IMG/VR virus record: IMGVR_UViG_3300032229_000206
DNA length: 64,000 nucleotides
Origin: an uncultured virus (IMG/VR IMGVR_UViG_3300032229_000206)
Lineage: Duplodnaviria; Heunggongvirae; Uroviricota; Caudoviricetes
Reading direction: 5' to 3' (one strand)
Position 1 is the first letter of the stretch; each line of letters opens with the position of its first letter. Both the position numbers and the translations under genes were made by a program. This document shows positions 1-9,260 of the stretch, in pieces. The notes beneath the pieces are model-generated. The model was not told the origin of the DNA. It saw nothing but the letters and a program-made list of their open reading frames with translations, and did not search any database.

Positions 1-833
1 ACGTTACCGCTTCCCCAGTTTTCATTAATACCATTAGTGTCAACTGCTGTGTGGATAGGTGTTGCTCCTTGTGGTAATACTGGAGCATTATTTTGACCTT
101 GAACGTTATAAACCTTTACAACAAGACCAGGTGCGGTTGTAATAACGCCTGAGGCATCAGCAGCAGCCTGGGCTGTTGTTGCCTCTGTTTGAACTACTAC
201 AAGGGTTGTTTGAGCGTTAGTTAAATTAGTGGTTGCTACGGCAACGGCTTCAGTTGCAGTAGTAACGTCTTGCGTTACTACGGCTACTACTGCTGTTTGA
301 GACTCTACTGCTGCAACAGCAATTACTGCTACGGCTGTTGCTGACTCTGCCGCTGCAATTGCTGTAGTTGCCTCTGCAACAGCTGTTACAACAGCAGTAT
401 CAGAAGCCGCTGCTGTTGGTATAATTGTGTTAGCAACAATAGCTGTTGCTGTATCAATCTTCTCTTGTACGGAGGTAACTGTAGGTGTCAAAGGAACTGT
501 TGTGGTTGCTGGTGTTGCCTCTGGTGTGGTGGTTTGGCTGGGCGATGGCGTTCCACTGGATGAAGATTCGGTTACTGGTGGAGTTGAACCAGTTGAAGGA
601 GCAGACGTCTGAGGCTCAGAGGTTGGTGCAGGGTCTCCAGAAGACGCAGGAGGGTTGGTTACAACGGGAGTCTCGCCTTGCGATGGACCGCTCGTTGCAG
701 TCGCTCCGTCCACGGGAGCAGGACTAATCACCTGCTGTTCAGGGGCAGGGTCTTCGGCGTAAGCGGTTGGTTGACCTAGTAAGTATAGGAATGATGCAAG
801 GAATAATGCAGCGAATATTCGCTGTGGAAGAAT
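1..833 (-). CDS. Secreted Pro/Ser/Thr/Ala-rich protein entering a PA14-like domain (runs off the window edge)
   Basis: Own translation: ILPQRIFAALFLASFLYLLGQPTAYA-EDPAP (signal peptide with AxA site), long P/S/T then A/T/V-rich stretch, then GLVVKVYNVQGQNNAP...INENWGSG. In-frame TAG at 849-851; the only plausible start before the signal peptide is ATT at 833. Confidence 0.65.
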   Translation of the reverse strand, partial: MLPQRIFAALFLASFLYLLGQPTAYAEDPAPEQQVISPAPVDGATATSGPSQGETPVVTNPPASSGDPAPTSEPQTSAPSTGSTPPVTESSSSGTPSPSQTTTPEATPATTTVPLTPTVTSVQEKIDTATAIVANTIIPTAAASDTAVVTAVAEATTAIAAAESATAVAVIAVAAVESQTAVVAVVTQDVTTATEAVAVATTNLTNAQTTLVVVQTEATTAQAAADASGVITTAPGLVVKVYNVQGQNNAPVLPQGATPIHTAVDTNGINENWGSGN

Positions 834-862
834 GTTATCTTCTCTCTCCTAATAGGTTATAC

Positions 863-1063
863 CTATTCTACAACAGGAATGAAATTATTCGGGTCAAAGA
901 TAGTTACAGCTTTTAATTTTAAAGACTCAGATTTATCTTTTGCGTGATGACCGCAAAACATTAACTCTCCGTTAAGAAAAGTTACAATAACTTGTGCAGA
1001 AGCGCTGCAGGCGTCACAGCGGTCTTGCGCAGTTAGCTGGCGATTGACCTCTGTAGTTACCAT
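863..1063 (-). CDS. Small Zn-binding protein of a type common in Actinobacteria
   Basis: LTAQDRCDAC...GELMFCGHH, CxxC/CxHH ligands. Confidence 0.6.
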   Translation of the reverse strand: MVTTEVNRQLTAQDRCDACSASAQVIVTFLNGELMFCGHHAKDKSESLKLKAVTIFDPNNFIPVVE

Positions 1064-1065
1064 TG

Positions 1066-1931
1066 TTAGTTACCTTTCTTCTTACTTTCGTTTTCGTAGT
1101 GAGTTGCTATCTCATCTTGCTTTTCAGATGTCCAGTCCCAATTAGGGTCTTCTCCACCATCATATGGGTCTTTGTTGTCGTTTTTCTTTGCATAGTGTGA
1201 ACGGTCATAATTAGCAATAGTTCCACCAGCAGCTAAATGTGCACGACGACGAGACCTCTCATCAGGAAACTGAGTTTCATTTCTTTTATCTACATGTTCT
1301 TCAGCCATGTTACTTTTCCTTCGGTGGACGTTGCTCATCAGACAATGTAAAACCAGCGGCTTTCCATGGACCAGGATTCTTACGTTGCCAATGTAGAGCG
1401 TTAGCTCCCATACGCATGCCTTTAGCGCTAACTGGGCCTCCGCCCATGTCTTCGTACTCTTTAACGCTCATACGTGGATTTAAACCAATAATGTGACCAT
1501 TGCTGTCAGCTTCATTGTTTTTATGAGAAGCTTCTTGTTCTTTAGCGCGGTTCCATAATGGGAACTGGTCATCGCCTTTACGATAAATAGGCATTAGTAA
1601 CCTTTCTTTTCCATACGTTCGCGCTCAGCCTCGTGCTGCTCACTATCTTTACGAGCTTTTTCAATTTCAGGAGCATACTTAGATTGCATCTTAGATTGCA
1701 TTTCAGACTTAATGTCTTCTTGGCTCATGCCAAACTGGTCACCATTATGTTTCATTACATGCCTCCTAGATACTTCTTACGGTTTTCTGCAAAATTTGCT
1801 TGACGAGTAGCTGCTTCTCTTACTTCTGGAGTAGCTTTTTCCATACCACCAGGAGTCTGACGCGCTTGCTGAACTTGGAATTGAAATTCCTCTTCACGCT
1901 TAGACGCTGGGTCCTGATGGCGGTTAATCAC
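1066..1931 (-). CDS. Four coupled small hypothetical ORFs (1066-1308, 1310-1594, 1594-1755, 1755-1931)
   Basis: ORF track plus own translation (MKHNGDQFG..., MINRHQDP...); stop/start overlaps such as TAATG. Confidence 0.6.
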
Positions 1932-2221
1932 TTTTCGTTCTCTTTCTTACCTGCACGACGCTTATTCTCTTTAGCAGTGTTCTTGCTACGAGAAATAGCT
2001 CTTAGGTTTCCCTTGGAGTCATTATTGTGGTTGTTGTCCTTGTGGTCAACCGTCGTGTCTTTAGATTTAATTTTACCGTTTTCTGACTCATAGTCAGCGC
2101 GAGCTTTGTTTTTAGATGTAGTAACCCATTTACCGCCTACCTTCTTCTTGTAGACGTAGATAGGGCGTCCGCCATTTTCTTTAGAGCCCTTATAGGGTCC
2201 AAACTTCTTTGCTTCAGCCAT
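1928..2221 (-). CDS. HNH-motif protein
   Basis: TVDHKDNNHNNDSKGNLRAISRSKN matches the HNH pattern (DH...N...NL...N). Confidence 0.6.
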   Translation of the reverse strand: MAEAKKFGPYKGSKENGGRPIYVYKKKVGGKWVTTSKNKARADYESENGKIKSKDTTVDHKDNNHNNDSKGNLRAISRSKNTAKENKRRAGKKENEK

Positions 2222-2224
2222 TAT

Positions 2225-2618
2225 TTACCACTGGCTTTCTGTTCGTTTGTCCCAACCTAATGTTTTACCAATTTTACTGTTATCAATGCGTTCCATAATT
2301 ACATGCTGGTCGTAAGCGACGCCACCCATACCGCCAGGATAACGTTTTCCTGTTTTTTTAACTTGTTTAGCGGCGCGGTGCATTGCAACTTCTCCAGCGC
2401 CTCTTTCAACAACTTTGCGAACTTTATCTAACGCCATTTTTATTATGCCAATCTTTAGTAGCCTTTACGCCCGCCTTAACGGTCTTAGCGCCAGCTTTCT
2501 TCGTAAGATTAATCTTATCGTACTTTCCTTTTTTGCCAGCGTGGTCGACAATAATGTCGCCTTTTTTATCTTTCTTAATGGTGTGCTTCTCACCAGCTGC
2601 TTTAATAACCTTAGCCAT
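2225..2618 (-). CDS. Two small basic hypothetical proteins (2225-2437, 2424-2618)
   Basis: ORF track; Lys-rich; second start moved to the ATG at 2618 (MAKVIK). Confidence 0.55.
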
Positions 2619-2784
2619 GTGGCTTCTCCCGTCTTTCCCCTTTAGTAGGGGCAGACGCGCATCCGTGCGCATCTTTGTGAAAACTTTGACTTCCACCATG
2701 TTTTAAACTCACGGTCATTGATTCTCCACGAATTTCACGACCACAGCTATCACATGTTGGAAACTGGTCAGAGCTTTTTTTAAT
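2611..2784 (-). CDS. Small Cys/His (Zn-finger-like) protein, probable ATT start
   Basis: Own translation IKKSSDQFPTCDSCGREIRGESM...FHKDAHGC...; ATT overlaps the upstream TAA (TAATT). Confidence 0.5.
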   Translation of the reverse strand: MKKSSDQFPTCDSCGREIRGESMTVSLKHGGSQSFHKDAHGCASAPTKGERREKPHG

Positions 2785-3286
2785 TAGTAACCGCCACGAC
2801 CAGGGAAGTAACCTTGCATATTTTCACGTGACTGACCATCTTGCTGGCCCTGTGCTAAGTTCGCGTTGCGACCTGCAACATATCCTCCGATAGCTGCCAT
2901 GCCTGGCTTTGAAAGAGCTGCTTTTGCAACTGTTCCTACTGCTTTCTTTGTTACTGCAGGGCCTGCGATTCGTGCGGCTGCTGCAAGTAGAGGTAACATG
3001 AACGGCATTATTTGGTTCCTTTCCTATTGATTGAACGATTTAGAATATCTTGTGCTTGTTCAGATACATTGTACTTCCCATAGGATGGGCGTGGTCCGTC
3101 AAACATACCAGAAGAAACTTTACGAACTTCTTTTGCTTTATTAATCTGCTTCTTTGACGCGGGGGCCTTTTTGGTGTTTACACCCGTGGTTGCCTTCTTT
3201 GCAACGGTAGCGTTAACAGCTCTCTTTGGTGCATCTTTACCAAATGCACGTTGAGCTTTGCTGCGTCCTAGTGCTGGGTCTTGCAT
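2784..3286 (-). CDS. Two small hypothetical proteins (2784-3008, 3008-3286)
   Basis: ORF track; TAATG coupling. Confidence 0.55.
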
Positions 3287-3549
3287 TAGCAATCCCATTT
3301 TCTACGCGCTTTGTTTAAACGACTGTTAGGGTCTTTTGCTGCCTTAGGAAAATCTTTTGCTTGTCCAGCAGAACGTGCACAGTATGACTTACGTCGTGCT
3401 GCAGACTTAGGGGATTTCTTTGCTTGTTCTTTACTTACAGGCGGTTTAAGGTTGTGACCTTCTTTTTTAGCTGAAGCACGGCCCTTTGCGTTTAGTCCGC
3501 CTTCTTTGTTCTGTCCCTCTTTACGTTGCCAAGCTGGAGTCTTTGCCAT
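3286..3549 (-). CDS. Small basic phage protein (DUF6321-like)
   Basis: PAWQRKEG...GGLNAKGRAS...RRKSYCAR...DPNSRLNKARRKWDC is a widespread phage motif. Confidence 0.65.
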   Translation of the reverse strand: MAKTPAWQRKEGQNKEGGLNAKGRASAKKEGHNLKPPVSKEQAKKSPKSAARRKSYCARSAGQAKDFPKAAKDPNSRLNKARRKWDC

Positions 3550-4021
3550 TAGTATCCCTCTGGTTTCCTTGAATCTTTATTTCTTTTAAACGCTGCCATG
3601 GAGACCACATTCGGTGCGATTGCTGAATCTGTACCTGAGTAGTGTGCATTCTGTACATTGTTCTCTGTGTCAGATAAGTTCTGGTCAAAGAATGCGTGAC
3701 GACGATTCTCTCCTCCGCCACGATTGCGAATTCCGCGATGGGCTGGATGGTTAGGTCCTGGTGTTGTCATATCGTCCATAATGAAAGTATCTCCTATTTT
3801 GCTTTTATAGTAAGGACATACGAGCTATAAGCAACTAAGAGTAAATCAATCAATTGTCCTGATTTTTCACTATGTTTCTCGATGAAATGGGCTTTCCATG
3901 CAATCGCATCGAACCTAGAGGAGCCACATCCGTTAGAAATATCCTGAAATACAACGTAGGCAAATTTAGCCACACGACCATCAAAGTCCTGGGCTTCCTC
4001 TAGATAATCTATAAAACTCAC
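3549..4021 (-). CDS. Two hypothetical proteins (3549-3779; 3794-4021, weakly YozE-like)
   Basis: ORF track; the second has a leaderless -10 CATGAT 6 nt before its GTG. Confidence 0.5.
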
Positions 4022-4399
4022 AGACGTATCATGACAGAAAGGCTACTGCCTAAACGGGTGAATCTAAAATTTCATCAACGGCATCATCAATCGTCCTACC
4101 GCCATGTTCGGCTGCACAGTTACCGCAGTTCTTGCACATCTTCTATTTTTCGGACTTCCACTGGAAAGTCATACTTACGGATTTTAATAGGATGGAGCTT
4201 TCCGCCAACCCGCATCACGGAGCTACCAGCTCGGCGCTTCTTCCGCTTCGATGGGCTATTCGCACTTTTGTACATATCACCAGCCTACCACAGGCTACTG
4301 CCTCCTCCACTATATGCTACAGGTGTGCCTGGTACCTGGTGGCCTACTCGCCAGTAACTTGGTTTAAGGGTGGGGGGGAGAGCAGAGGGCATGAGTGCC

Positions 4400-4453
4400 T
4401 GTGGATAACTAAGTAAACAGCCTGTTGCATGGGGTAGGGCTATCGCATATGGT
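4400..4453 (+). promoter_or_regulatory. Module promoter 1: DnaA box pair + -35 TTGCAT / -10 TATGGT
   Basis: TGTGGATAA 4400-4408 (reverse complement of TTATCCACA), CTA, AGTAAACAG; -35 at 4425, 17-nt spacer, -10 at 4448. Confidence 0.75.
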
Positions 4454-4501
4454 TATCTCACTAGGTAATCAGACGGGTTACCTACCTAACGGGGAGTAAA
4501 T

Positions 4502-4923
4502 ATGAAGCGCAACTACCATTCAGTAATGGAAATCCGTATTCCTGAAAACGCAAAACTAGAGGACGTATATCTTTACACAGGATACGGACACCAATCAGGC
4601 GAAGGTGTGGACACCCATATCAGTATCGCCCTTGAATCTAGCGTGGCTAATAACCTACGCGACGAGCGAGCATGGAATAAGTATAAGTTCCAACTATCAC
4701 TAGACCAAGCGCGGGCGCTAGTCGAGCACCTAACCACAGCACTAAACACCGAAGCACCTGAGGAAGGCAAGGTTGCGTGGGTAATGATTGACGGCAAACT
4801 AGAAGCATTAGTAGCATGAAGTGCTTCGACTGTGACGGCACTATGACAGTGCTAGCAGAAGGAACTCGCGGAACCAGTTGGGTCTGCAATAAGTGTGAAC
4901 ATATCTCTATAGTAAGTAAGTAG
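4502..4923 (+). CDS. Hypothetical protein (4502-4819) plus 35-aa Zn-ribbon ORF (4816-4923)
   Basis: SD GGGGAG; second ORF MKCFDC...WVCNKC overlaps by ATGA. Confidence 0.65.
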
Positions 4924-4926
4924 GAC

Positions 4927-4961
4927 AGAGGCTGGGACTTCCCCCCCAGCCTCTTTACTTT
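4927..4961 (+). terminator. Intrinsic terminator
   Basis: AGAGGCTGGG/CCCAGCCTCT stem followed by a T-rich tail. Confidence 0.75.
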
Positions 4962-5054
4962 ACTCCCTTAGACGGCATTGGGTTAGGCATTCAACACAAA
5001 CAATATAGAACGGCATAGGGACTGGCAAAAGAACCCCAAGAACATAAGAGAGCC

Positions 5055-5108
5055 TGTGGATAACTAGGTTAACGGGCTGTTGCTTCTAATAGGGCTCTGC
5101 TATAAGTT
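5055..5108 (+). promoter_or_regulatory. Module promoter 2: DnaA box pair + TTGCTT / TAAGTT
   Basis: TGTGGATAA 5055-5063, CTA, GGTTAACGG; -35 at 5080, -10 at 5103. Confidence 0.7.
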
Positions 5109-5154
5109 TATACCAGTGAGCAAGGGGCTCACTAAATGACGGAAGGGCAACAAA

Positions 5155-5775
5155 ATGTGTTCAATATGTGGAACTAAGGAAAATATCGTGTTTAGTGGCG
5201 TAGACGCGTTTCTCCTAGAATGTATGGATAGAATCGAAAAAATCTGCTATCCATGCGCTAACGAGGAAAAGGTGAAGGTAAATGCATAATGAAATTATCT
5301 TCTACAACGGATTTAATCTCCTTGTTGACATCATTATCGGCGCAACAGTATTTTTCTTCACAGCCCGTTTCTACTGGTCTAAAGGTTACAGTGAGGGTTA
5401 CGCAGACTGTCAAGACCATGCAGAACAAGCAGGGGAAAGTTACTACAATAACTACCGAGAAAGTGACGCGCTATGAAACTAAATGTTAATCAAAAGGAAG
5501 CCATGGAGCGCATCGCAAATCGCGAGCCATTCGAGGCTTCAAGCCTAAGCGGTAAGTTTATGAACTACACACCTAGCGCAGGGCGCCTAGGTGATGAATA
5601 TAATAAGCTTATTGCAGACTTCAAGACTGGCGCCTATGTAGTCTTCTCATACGCTACGCCTATCGCATGGTTTGGCGCAAATGGTTGGTATGTAGTAGAA
5701 CAAAAGTTCTCCTCTACTACAAGCAAGACACAGACTTATGTGCGACGTGCGATTGCTGAAAGGCAAGCCGCATAG
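5155..5775 (+). CDS. Three coupled small ORFs: CxxC protein (5155-5289), membrane protein (5282-5476), conserved actinophage-type hypothetical (5473-5775)
   Basis: MCSICG...CYPC; hydrophobic LLVDIIIGATVFFF; YVVFSYATPIAW...FSSTTSKTQ motif. Confidence 0.65.
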
Positions 5776-5787
5776 AAACCCCCTAAG

Positions 5788-5823
5788 CAAGAAGCCCCCG
5801 TGCCGTCACACGGGGGCTTCTTG
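5788..5823 (+). terminator. Intrinsic terminator
   Basis: 15-bp perfect stem CAAGAAGCCCCCGTG/CACGGGGGCTTCTTG. Confidence 0.8.
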
Positions 5824-5901
5824 TTTGTGTTGGGGCGTGTGGGTGTGTATGTATGTATGGCTTTAAAGCTTCTTTATATATACACACGCCCCAACACAAA
5901 C
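5823..5901. repeat. Hairpin element A (19-bp perfect arms)
   Basis: GTTTGTGTTGGGGCGTGTG 5823-5841 / CACACGCCCCAACACAAAC 5883-5901. Confidence 0.95.
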
Positions 5902-5907
5902 TCTGCC

Positions 5908-5961
5908 TGTGGATAACTACATGAACGAGATGGAATAAGAATTGGAATAATTGGTTATAGT
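5908..5961 (+). promoter_or_regulatory. Module promoter 3: DnaA box pair + -10 TATAGT
   Basis: TGTGGATAA 5908-5916, CTA, CATGAACGA; -10 at 5956. Confidence 0.7.
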
Positions 5962-6073
5962 TACTACATGAGCAACACCGCTCATATTAGATAGATAGGA
6001 GACACACCATGACGAGATTCGTCGGACTCCATATCAGGGAGACACACTAACTATGCAAGAGGGGGGTGATAAT

Positions 6074-6475
6074 ATGCAATTTACACGCAAAAACGCAATT
6101 CTGTGTCAGCGTGACACAGTACCAAATCCAATGCGCACAGGCACTTTCTTTAGCAACATGGTGCAACTAACATGGCTCGAAGAAGACAACAATATCCTTG
6201 TCTCATTCGGTTGCCTACAATGTGGCGAACAGACTCTAAGTCGTCCACAAATGTCAATCCATGTCGGGACACACAATCCCGACAATGCTAAGCCTAAGGT
6301 ACGCGGTAAGTATAAGACCAAATCAGCCAAGAAGGCTGACGCGGTTACTACTGTTAGTAAGATGATTGACGACCTTACAGCAGAACGCGACCTATACAAG
6401 GCGCAAGCCCGCAAGTATCAAAAGCAACTTCAGGCGCTACGCGACCTGTTCAAAATTGACGATAATCTCGTCTAA
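6074..6475 (+). CDS. C2H2-like Zn-finger / coiled-coil hypothetical protein
   Basis: CLQC...HVGTH followed by a C-terminal coiled coil; SD GGGGGTG before 6074. Confidence 0.6.
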   Translation: MQFTRKNAILCQRDTVPNPMRTGTFFSNMVQLTWLEEDNNILVSFGCLQCGEQTLSRPQMSIHVGTHNPDNAKPKVRGKYKTKSAKKADAVTTVSKMIDDLTAERDLYKAQARKYQKQLQALRDLFKIDDNLV

Positions 6476-6505
6476 GGGTTTTACACCCCCCGTGTAAAGG
6501 CAACG

Positions 6506-6533
6506 AGCCCCCGCAGAGATGCGGGGGCTTTTT
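6506..6533 (+). terminator. Intrinsic terminator
   Basis: AGCCCCCGCA-GAGA-TGCGGGGGCT + TTTT. Confidence 0.85.
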
Positions 6534-6622
6534 GTTTGTGTTGGGCTTGTTGTTAATGGTTGATGTGTGTGTGAATAGCTTTCCATCTTTTATTAACTAC
6601 TAGCAACAAGCCCAACACAAAC
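6534..6622. repeat. Hairpin element B (19-bp perfect arms, extended by G-T pairs)
   Basis: GTTTGTGTTGGGCTTGTTG 6534-6552 / CAACAAGCCCAACACAAAC 6604-6622. Confidence 0.95.
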
Positions 6623-6635
6623 AACCAGGGCGCCC

Positions 6636-6701
6636 TGTGGATAACTAGGTAAACAAATAGAGATAGCCTTATTGCATGAGAGCGAGAGATAAGCCTAAGA
6701 T
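6636..6701 (+). promoter_or_regulatory. Module promoter 4: DnaA box pair + TTGCAT / TAAGAT
   Basis: TGTGGATAA 6636-6644, CTA, GGTAAACAA; -35 at 6672, -10 at 6696. Confidence 0.7.
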
Positions 6702-6748
6702 AAGCACACGCGAGACCGTCTCGCGCTATTTACCGAAGGGGGACTCTC

Positions 6749-7756
6749 GTGGCTCATGCGCTCGAGGTTCAAAATGGTGAAGTAGCCTTTGCTCTACGCG
6801 GTGCACCCGCGTGGCATGGGTTGGCTAACCGCACTTTCGGCATTGACGAGCATGTCACAACCGCTGACATGCTAGAAAGTGCCAAATTGGCTGGCTGGGG
6901 TGTAGACCTCGAGCCTGTCCAATATCCGAGCGATTATCGCTCATCATCTGACCTATTCATGGTCACACGCACCAATCCATTCGACGCTGGCAAGGATGTC
7001 CTTGCGGTCGTTGGTAAGCGTTACCGCGTATTCCAAAATGAGGATTTATTCGCGTTCGGGGATAACATCCTCGACGGCGGTGCCTCATGGGAATCTGCTG
7101 GCTCAATCAAGGATGGCAAGGTTGTCTTTGGCTCCCTAGTTGTCCCTCGTGAGTTCATCCTCGACCCACAAGGTGCGAACGATAAGACTACGACTTACCT
7201 CTTGGTCTCATCTTCACATGACGGGTCTGCAAGTGTTACCGCGTCAATCACGCCTGTGCGTGTTGTCTGCCAAAACACTCTCAACATGGCGTTGCGTGGC
7301 GTTAAGCAATCTTTCAAGTTGCGCCACACTCTCAAGGCTGGCGAGCGCACTGCTGAGGCTCGTCGCGTATTGGGACTCACTTTCAATCACATGGACACTT
7401 TCGAGACTCTCGCTCGTGACCTGTTCCAGACCTCAATGGACGCCAAGGGTTGGGATACTCTCGTGAACGCGGTTTATCCTAAGCCTGACGCACAATCAGC
7501 GCCTCAGTCACTCACCAAGTGGCAAGCCAAGCGCGACCTACTGGATGATATTTATTTCCAGTCTCCTACCCAGACCAACATCAAGGGTAATTACTGGGGA
7601 GCGCTAAACGCTCTCACTGAGCGCCTAGATTATTTCCGCTCATCACGCACCGCTAACGGCGAGGCTTTAATCGGTGCTGCTGCTGGTTTCGACCCTACTG
7701 TGAACGCTGAGAAGGCTCGTATCCTACGCGCCGTCCGCGAACTCGCTAGCGTCTAA
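6749..7756 (+). CDS. DUF932 / TIGR03299-type phage-plasmid protein
   Basis: MAHALE...PAWHGL, YRVFQN, ESAGSIKDGK, SSHDGS, TPVRVVCQNTL motifs. Confidence 0.85.
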   Translation: MAHALEVQNGEVAFALRGAPAWHGLANRTFGIDEHVTTADMLESAKLAGWGVDLEPVQYPSDYRSSSDLFMVTRTNPFDAGKDVLAVVGKRYRVFQNEDLFAFGDNILDGGASWESAGSIKDGKVVFGSLVVPREFILDPQGANDKTTTYLLVSSSHDGSASVTASITPVRVVCQNTLNMALRGVKQSFKLRHTLKAGERTAEARRVLGLTFNHMDTFETLARDLFQTSMDAKGWDTLVNAVYPKPDAQSAPQSLTKWQAKRDLLDDIYFQSPTQTNIKGNYWGALNALTERLDYFRSSRTANGEALIGAAAGFDPTVNAEKARILRAVRELASV

Positions 7757-7766
7757 CAAGCCTAGC

Positions 7767-7800
7767 AATCAGCCCCTAGCCAATCGGCTAGGGGCTGATT
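7767..7800 (+). terminator. Intrinsic terminator
   Basis: AATCAGCCCCTAGCC/GGCTAGGGGCTGATT 15-bp stem. Confidence 0.8.
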
Positions 7801-7801
7801 T

Positions 7802-7892
7802 GTTTGTGCTGGGGCTATATGGCTAGTAGTTAATACTCAGGGAAAGCTTATTCTCTCAAAATAGCCAGTAACCATATAGCCCCAGCACAAAC
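7802..7892. repeat. Hairpin element C (21-bp perfect arms, compensatory C-G variant)
   Basis: GTTTGTGCTGGGGCTATATGG 7802-7822 / CCATATAGCCCCAGCACAAAC 7872-7892. Confidence 0.95.
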
Positions 7893-7899
7893 ATTTGCC

Positions 7900-7954
7900 T
7901 GTGGATAAGTAAGTGAACTCGGTCTAGTAAGAGAATTAAAAGTGTGATTATACT
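7900..7954 (+). promoter_or_regulatory. Module promoter 5: DnaA box pair + -10 TATACT
   Basis: TGTGGATAA 7900-7908, GTA, AGTGAACTC; -10 at 7949. Confidence 0.7.
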
Positions 7955-8000
7955 TGGGGGCTCGCACCAAGCGAGAGAACTACTACCAAAGGGGTATCAC

Positions 8001-8480
8001 ATGGGTCTAGATATGTATCTAAAGGCAACAACTTACATCAACAAGATTGACTACAACGCACAAGGCGATAGCGACGCTTGGGTTACTATGGAACAATTTG
8101 ATAAGGTTGTTTCAGAGGCTGGCTTAGAAGCAGTCCACACCGACATCTATGGTGCAGAGGTTTCAGTTACCTGCGCCTACTGGCGCAAGGTCAATGCCGT
8201 TCATGGTTGGTTCGTACAGAACGTTCAGGGTGGCAACGACGATTGTGGTAACTACTACGTTCCTAAGGCTAAGTTAGAGGAACTACGTGAAGCATGCCGT
8301 CAGGCTATCTTCCACAAAAATCCGTTGTTAATCAAGCCTATGGAAGGGTTCTTCTTCGGTACTACAGATATTGACGAGTGGTACTGGAACGGGCTAAAAA
8401 GCACTATTAAACAGATTGACCGCGTACTTGCCTTGCCTAATATCGACGACTTGAGTTTCTACTATCAGTCGTCTTGGTAA
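8001..8480 (+). CDS. Conserved phage hypothetical protein (MGLDMYL...YWRK.N..HGWF family)
   Basis: Recurrent phage motifs MGLDMYL, YWRKVNAVHGWFV, GFFFG, FYYQSSW. Confidence 0.75.
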   Translation: MGLDMYLKATTYINKIDYNAQGDSDAWVTMEQFDKVVSEAGLEAVHTDIYGAEVSVTCAYWRKVNAVHGWFVQNVQGGNDDCGNYYVPKAKLEELREACRQAIFHKNPLLIKPMEGFFFGTTDIDEWYWNGLKSTIKQIDRVLALPNIDDLSFYYQSSW

Positions 8481-8490
8481 GACTATTAAG

Positions 8491-8517
8491 AAGCCCCGCA
8501 GAAATGCGGGGCTTTTT
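8491..8517 (+). terminator. Intrinsic terminator
   Basis: AAGCCCCGCA-GAAA-TGCGGGGCTT + TTT. Confidence 0.85.
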
Positions 8518-8597
8518 GTTTGTGCTGGGCTTGGGGATGGGTATATTTAAAAGTAGTATTAATGCATCTCTTATTTATACCCAAGCCCAGCACAAAC
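8518..8597. repeat. Hairpin element D (18-bp perfect arms)
   Basis: GTTTGTGCTGGGCTTGGG 8518-8535 / CCCAAGCCCAGCACAAAC 8580-8597. Confidence 0.95.
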
Positions 8598-8619
8598 ATT
8601 ACTCGCCAGTAACATAGCC

Positions 8620-8674
8620 TGTGGATAACCAGGTGAACAAGAGTTTGAGAGGTGTCTGTTAGATAGTCTAATAT
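8620..8674 (+). promoter_or_regulatory. Module promoter 6: DnaA box pair + TTGAGA / TAATAT
   Basis: TGTGGATAA 8620-8628, CCA, GGTGAACAA; -35 at 8645, -10 at 8669. Confidence 0.75.
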
Positions 8675-8719
8675 AAAGCCATGAGCACAAGGGGTGCTCA
8701 TATGAGAGAAAGAGCGGGT

Positions 8720-9202
8720 ATGTTCACACTCAACGACATCACCTACTATGAGGAAAGCGACATCGCTGACCGCATAGCAAGTGAGCGCAGTACCGCAAGC
8801 GAGTGGGCTATAAATAGCCTACGCGCTGATAATCGCCATGAAACCTTGGCGATATTCAAAGCCGAGGTATCGGCTGGCTCAATGACGGAAGAAGATGCCG
8901 TCGAACTGTTTAATAAGATTGCTACAGCCTGTGGCTGGGAGCATGCTGAGGAGTCCGACTTACGGACACGATTTCGCGCAGAGGTTAGCCTCTTGGGTGA
9001 AGTTGTACTTGAACTTGACGATATTGAGGCGGACGACGAAGACGACGCCAAGCAAAAAGTTCTAGATGATATTTCCTTCGATAATATCGAAGTTCGCGGT
9101 GACCTATCAGTCTTAGGTGATAGCGGTTCGTTCCGTGCGGGTACATGGGACCTAGATGATTTCCTAAATGATAACCTCGAAGTCGAGATATACGAGGCTT
9201 AG
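8720..9202 (+). CDS. Highly acidic hypothetical protein
   Basis: About 42 D/E in 160 aa by hand count; start moved downstream of the predicted transcription start. Confidence 0.65.
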   Translation: MFTLNDITYYEESDIADRIASERSTASEWAINSLRADNRHETLAIFKAEVSAGSMTEEDAVELFNKIATACGWEHAEESDLRTRFRAEVSLLGEVVLELDDIEADDEDDAKQKVLDDISFDNIEVRGDLSVLGDSGSFRAGTWDLDDFLNDNLEVEIYEA

Positions 9203-9219
9203 CAGATACCCCTGCTAGG

Positions 9220-9248
9220 AAGCCCCCGCCGCAAGGTGGGGGCTTTTT
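9220..9248 (+). terminator. Intrinsic terminator
   Basis: AAGCCCCCGCC-GCAA-GGTGGGGGCTT + TTT. Confidence 0.85.
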
Positions 9249-9260
9249 CATGCCGTAAAA

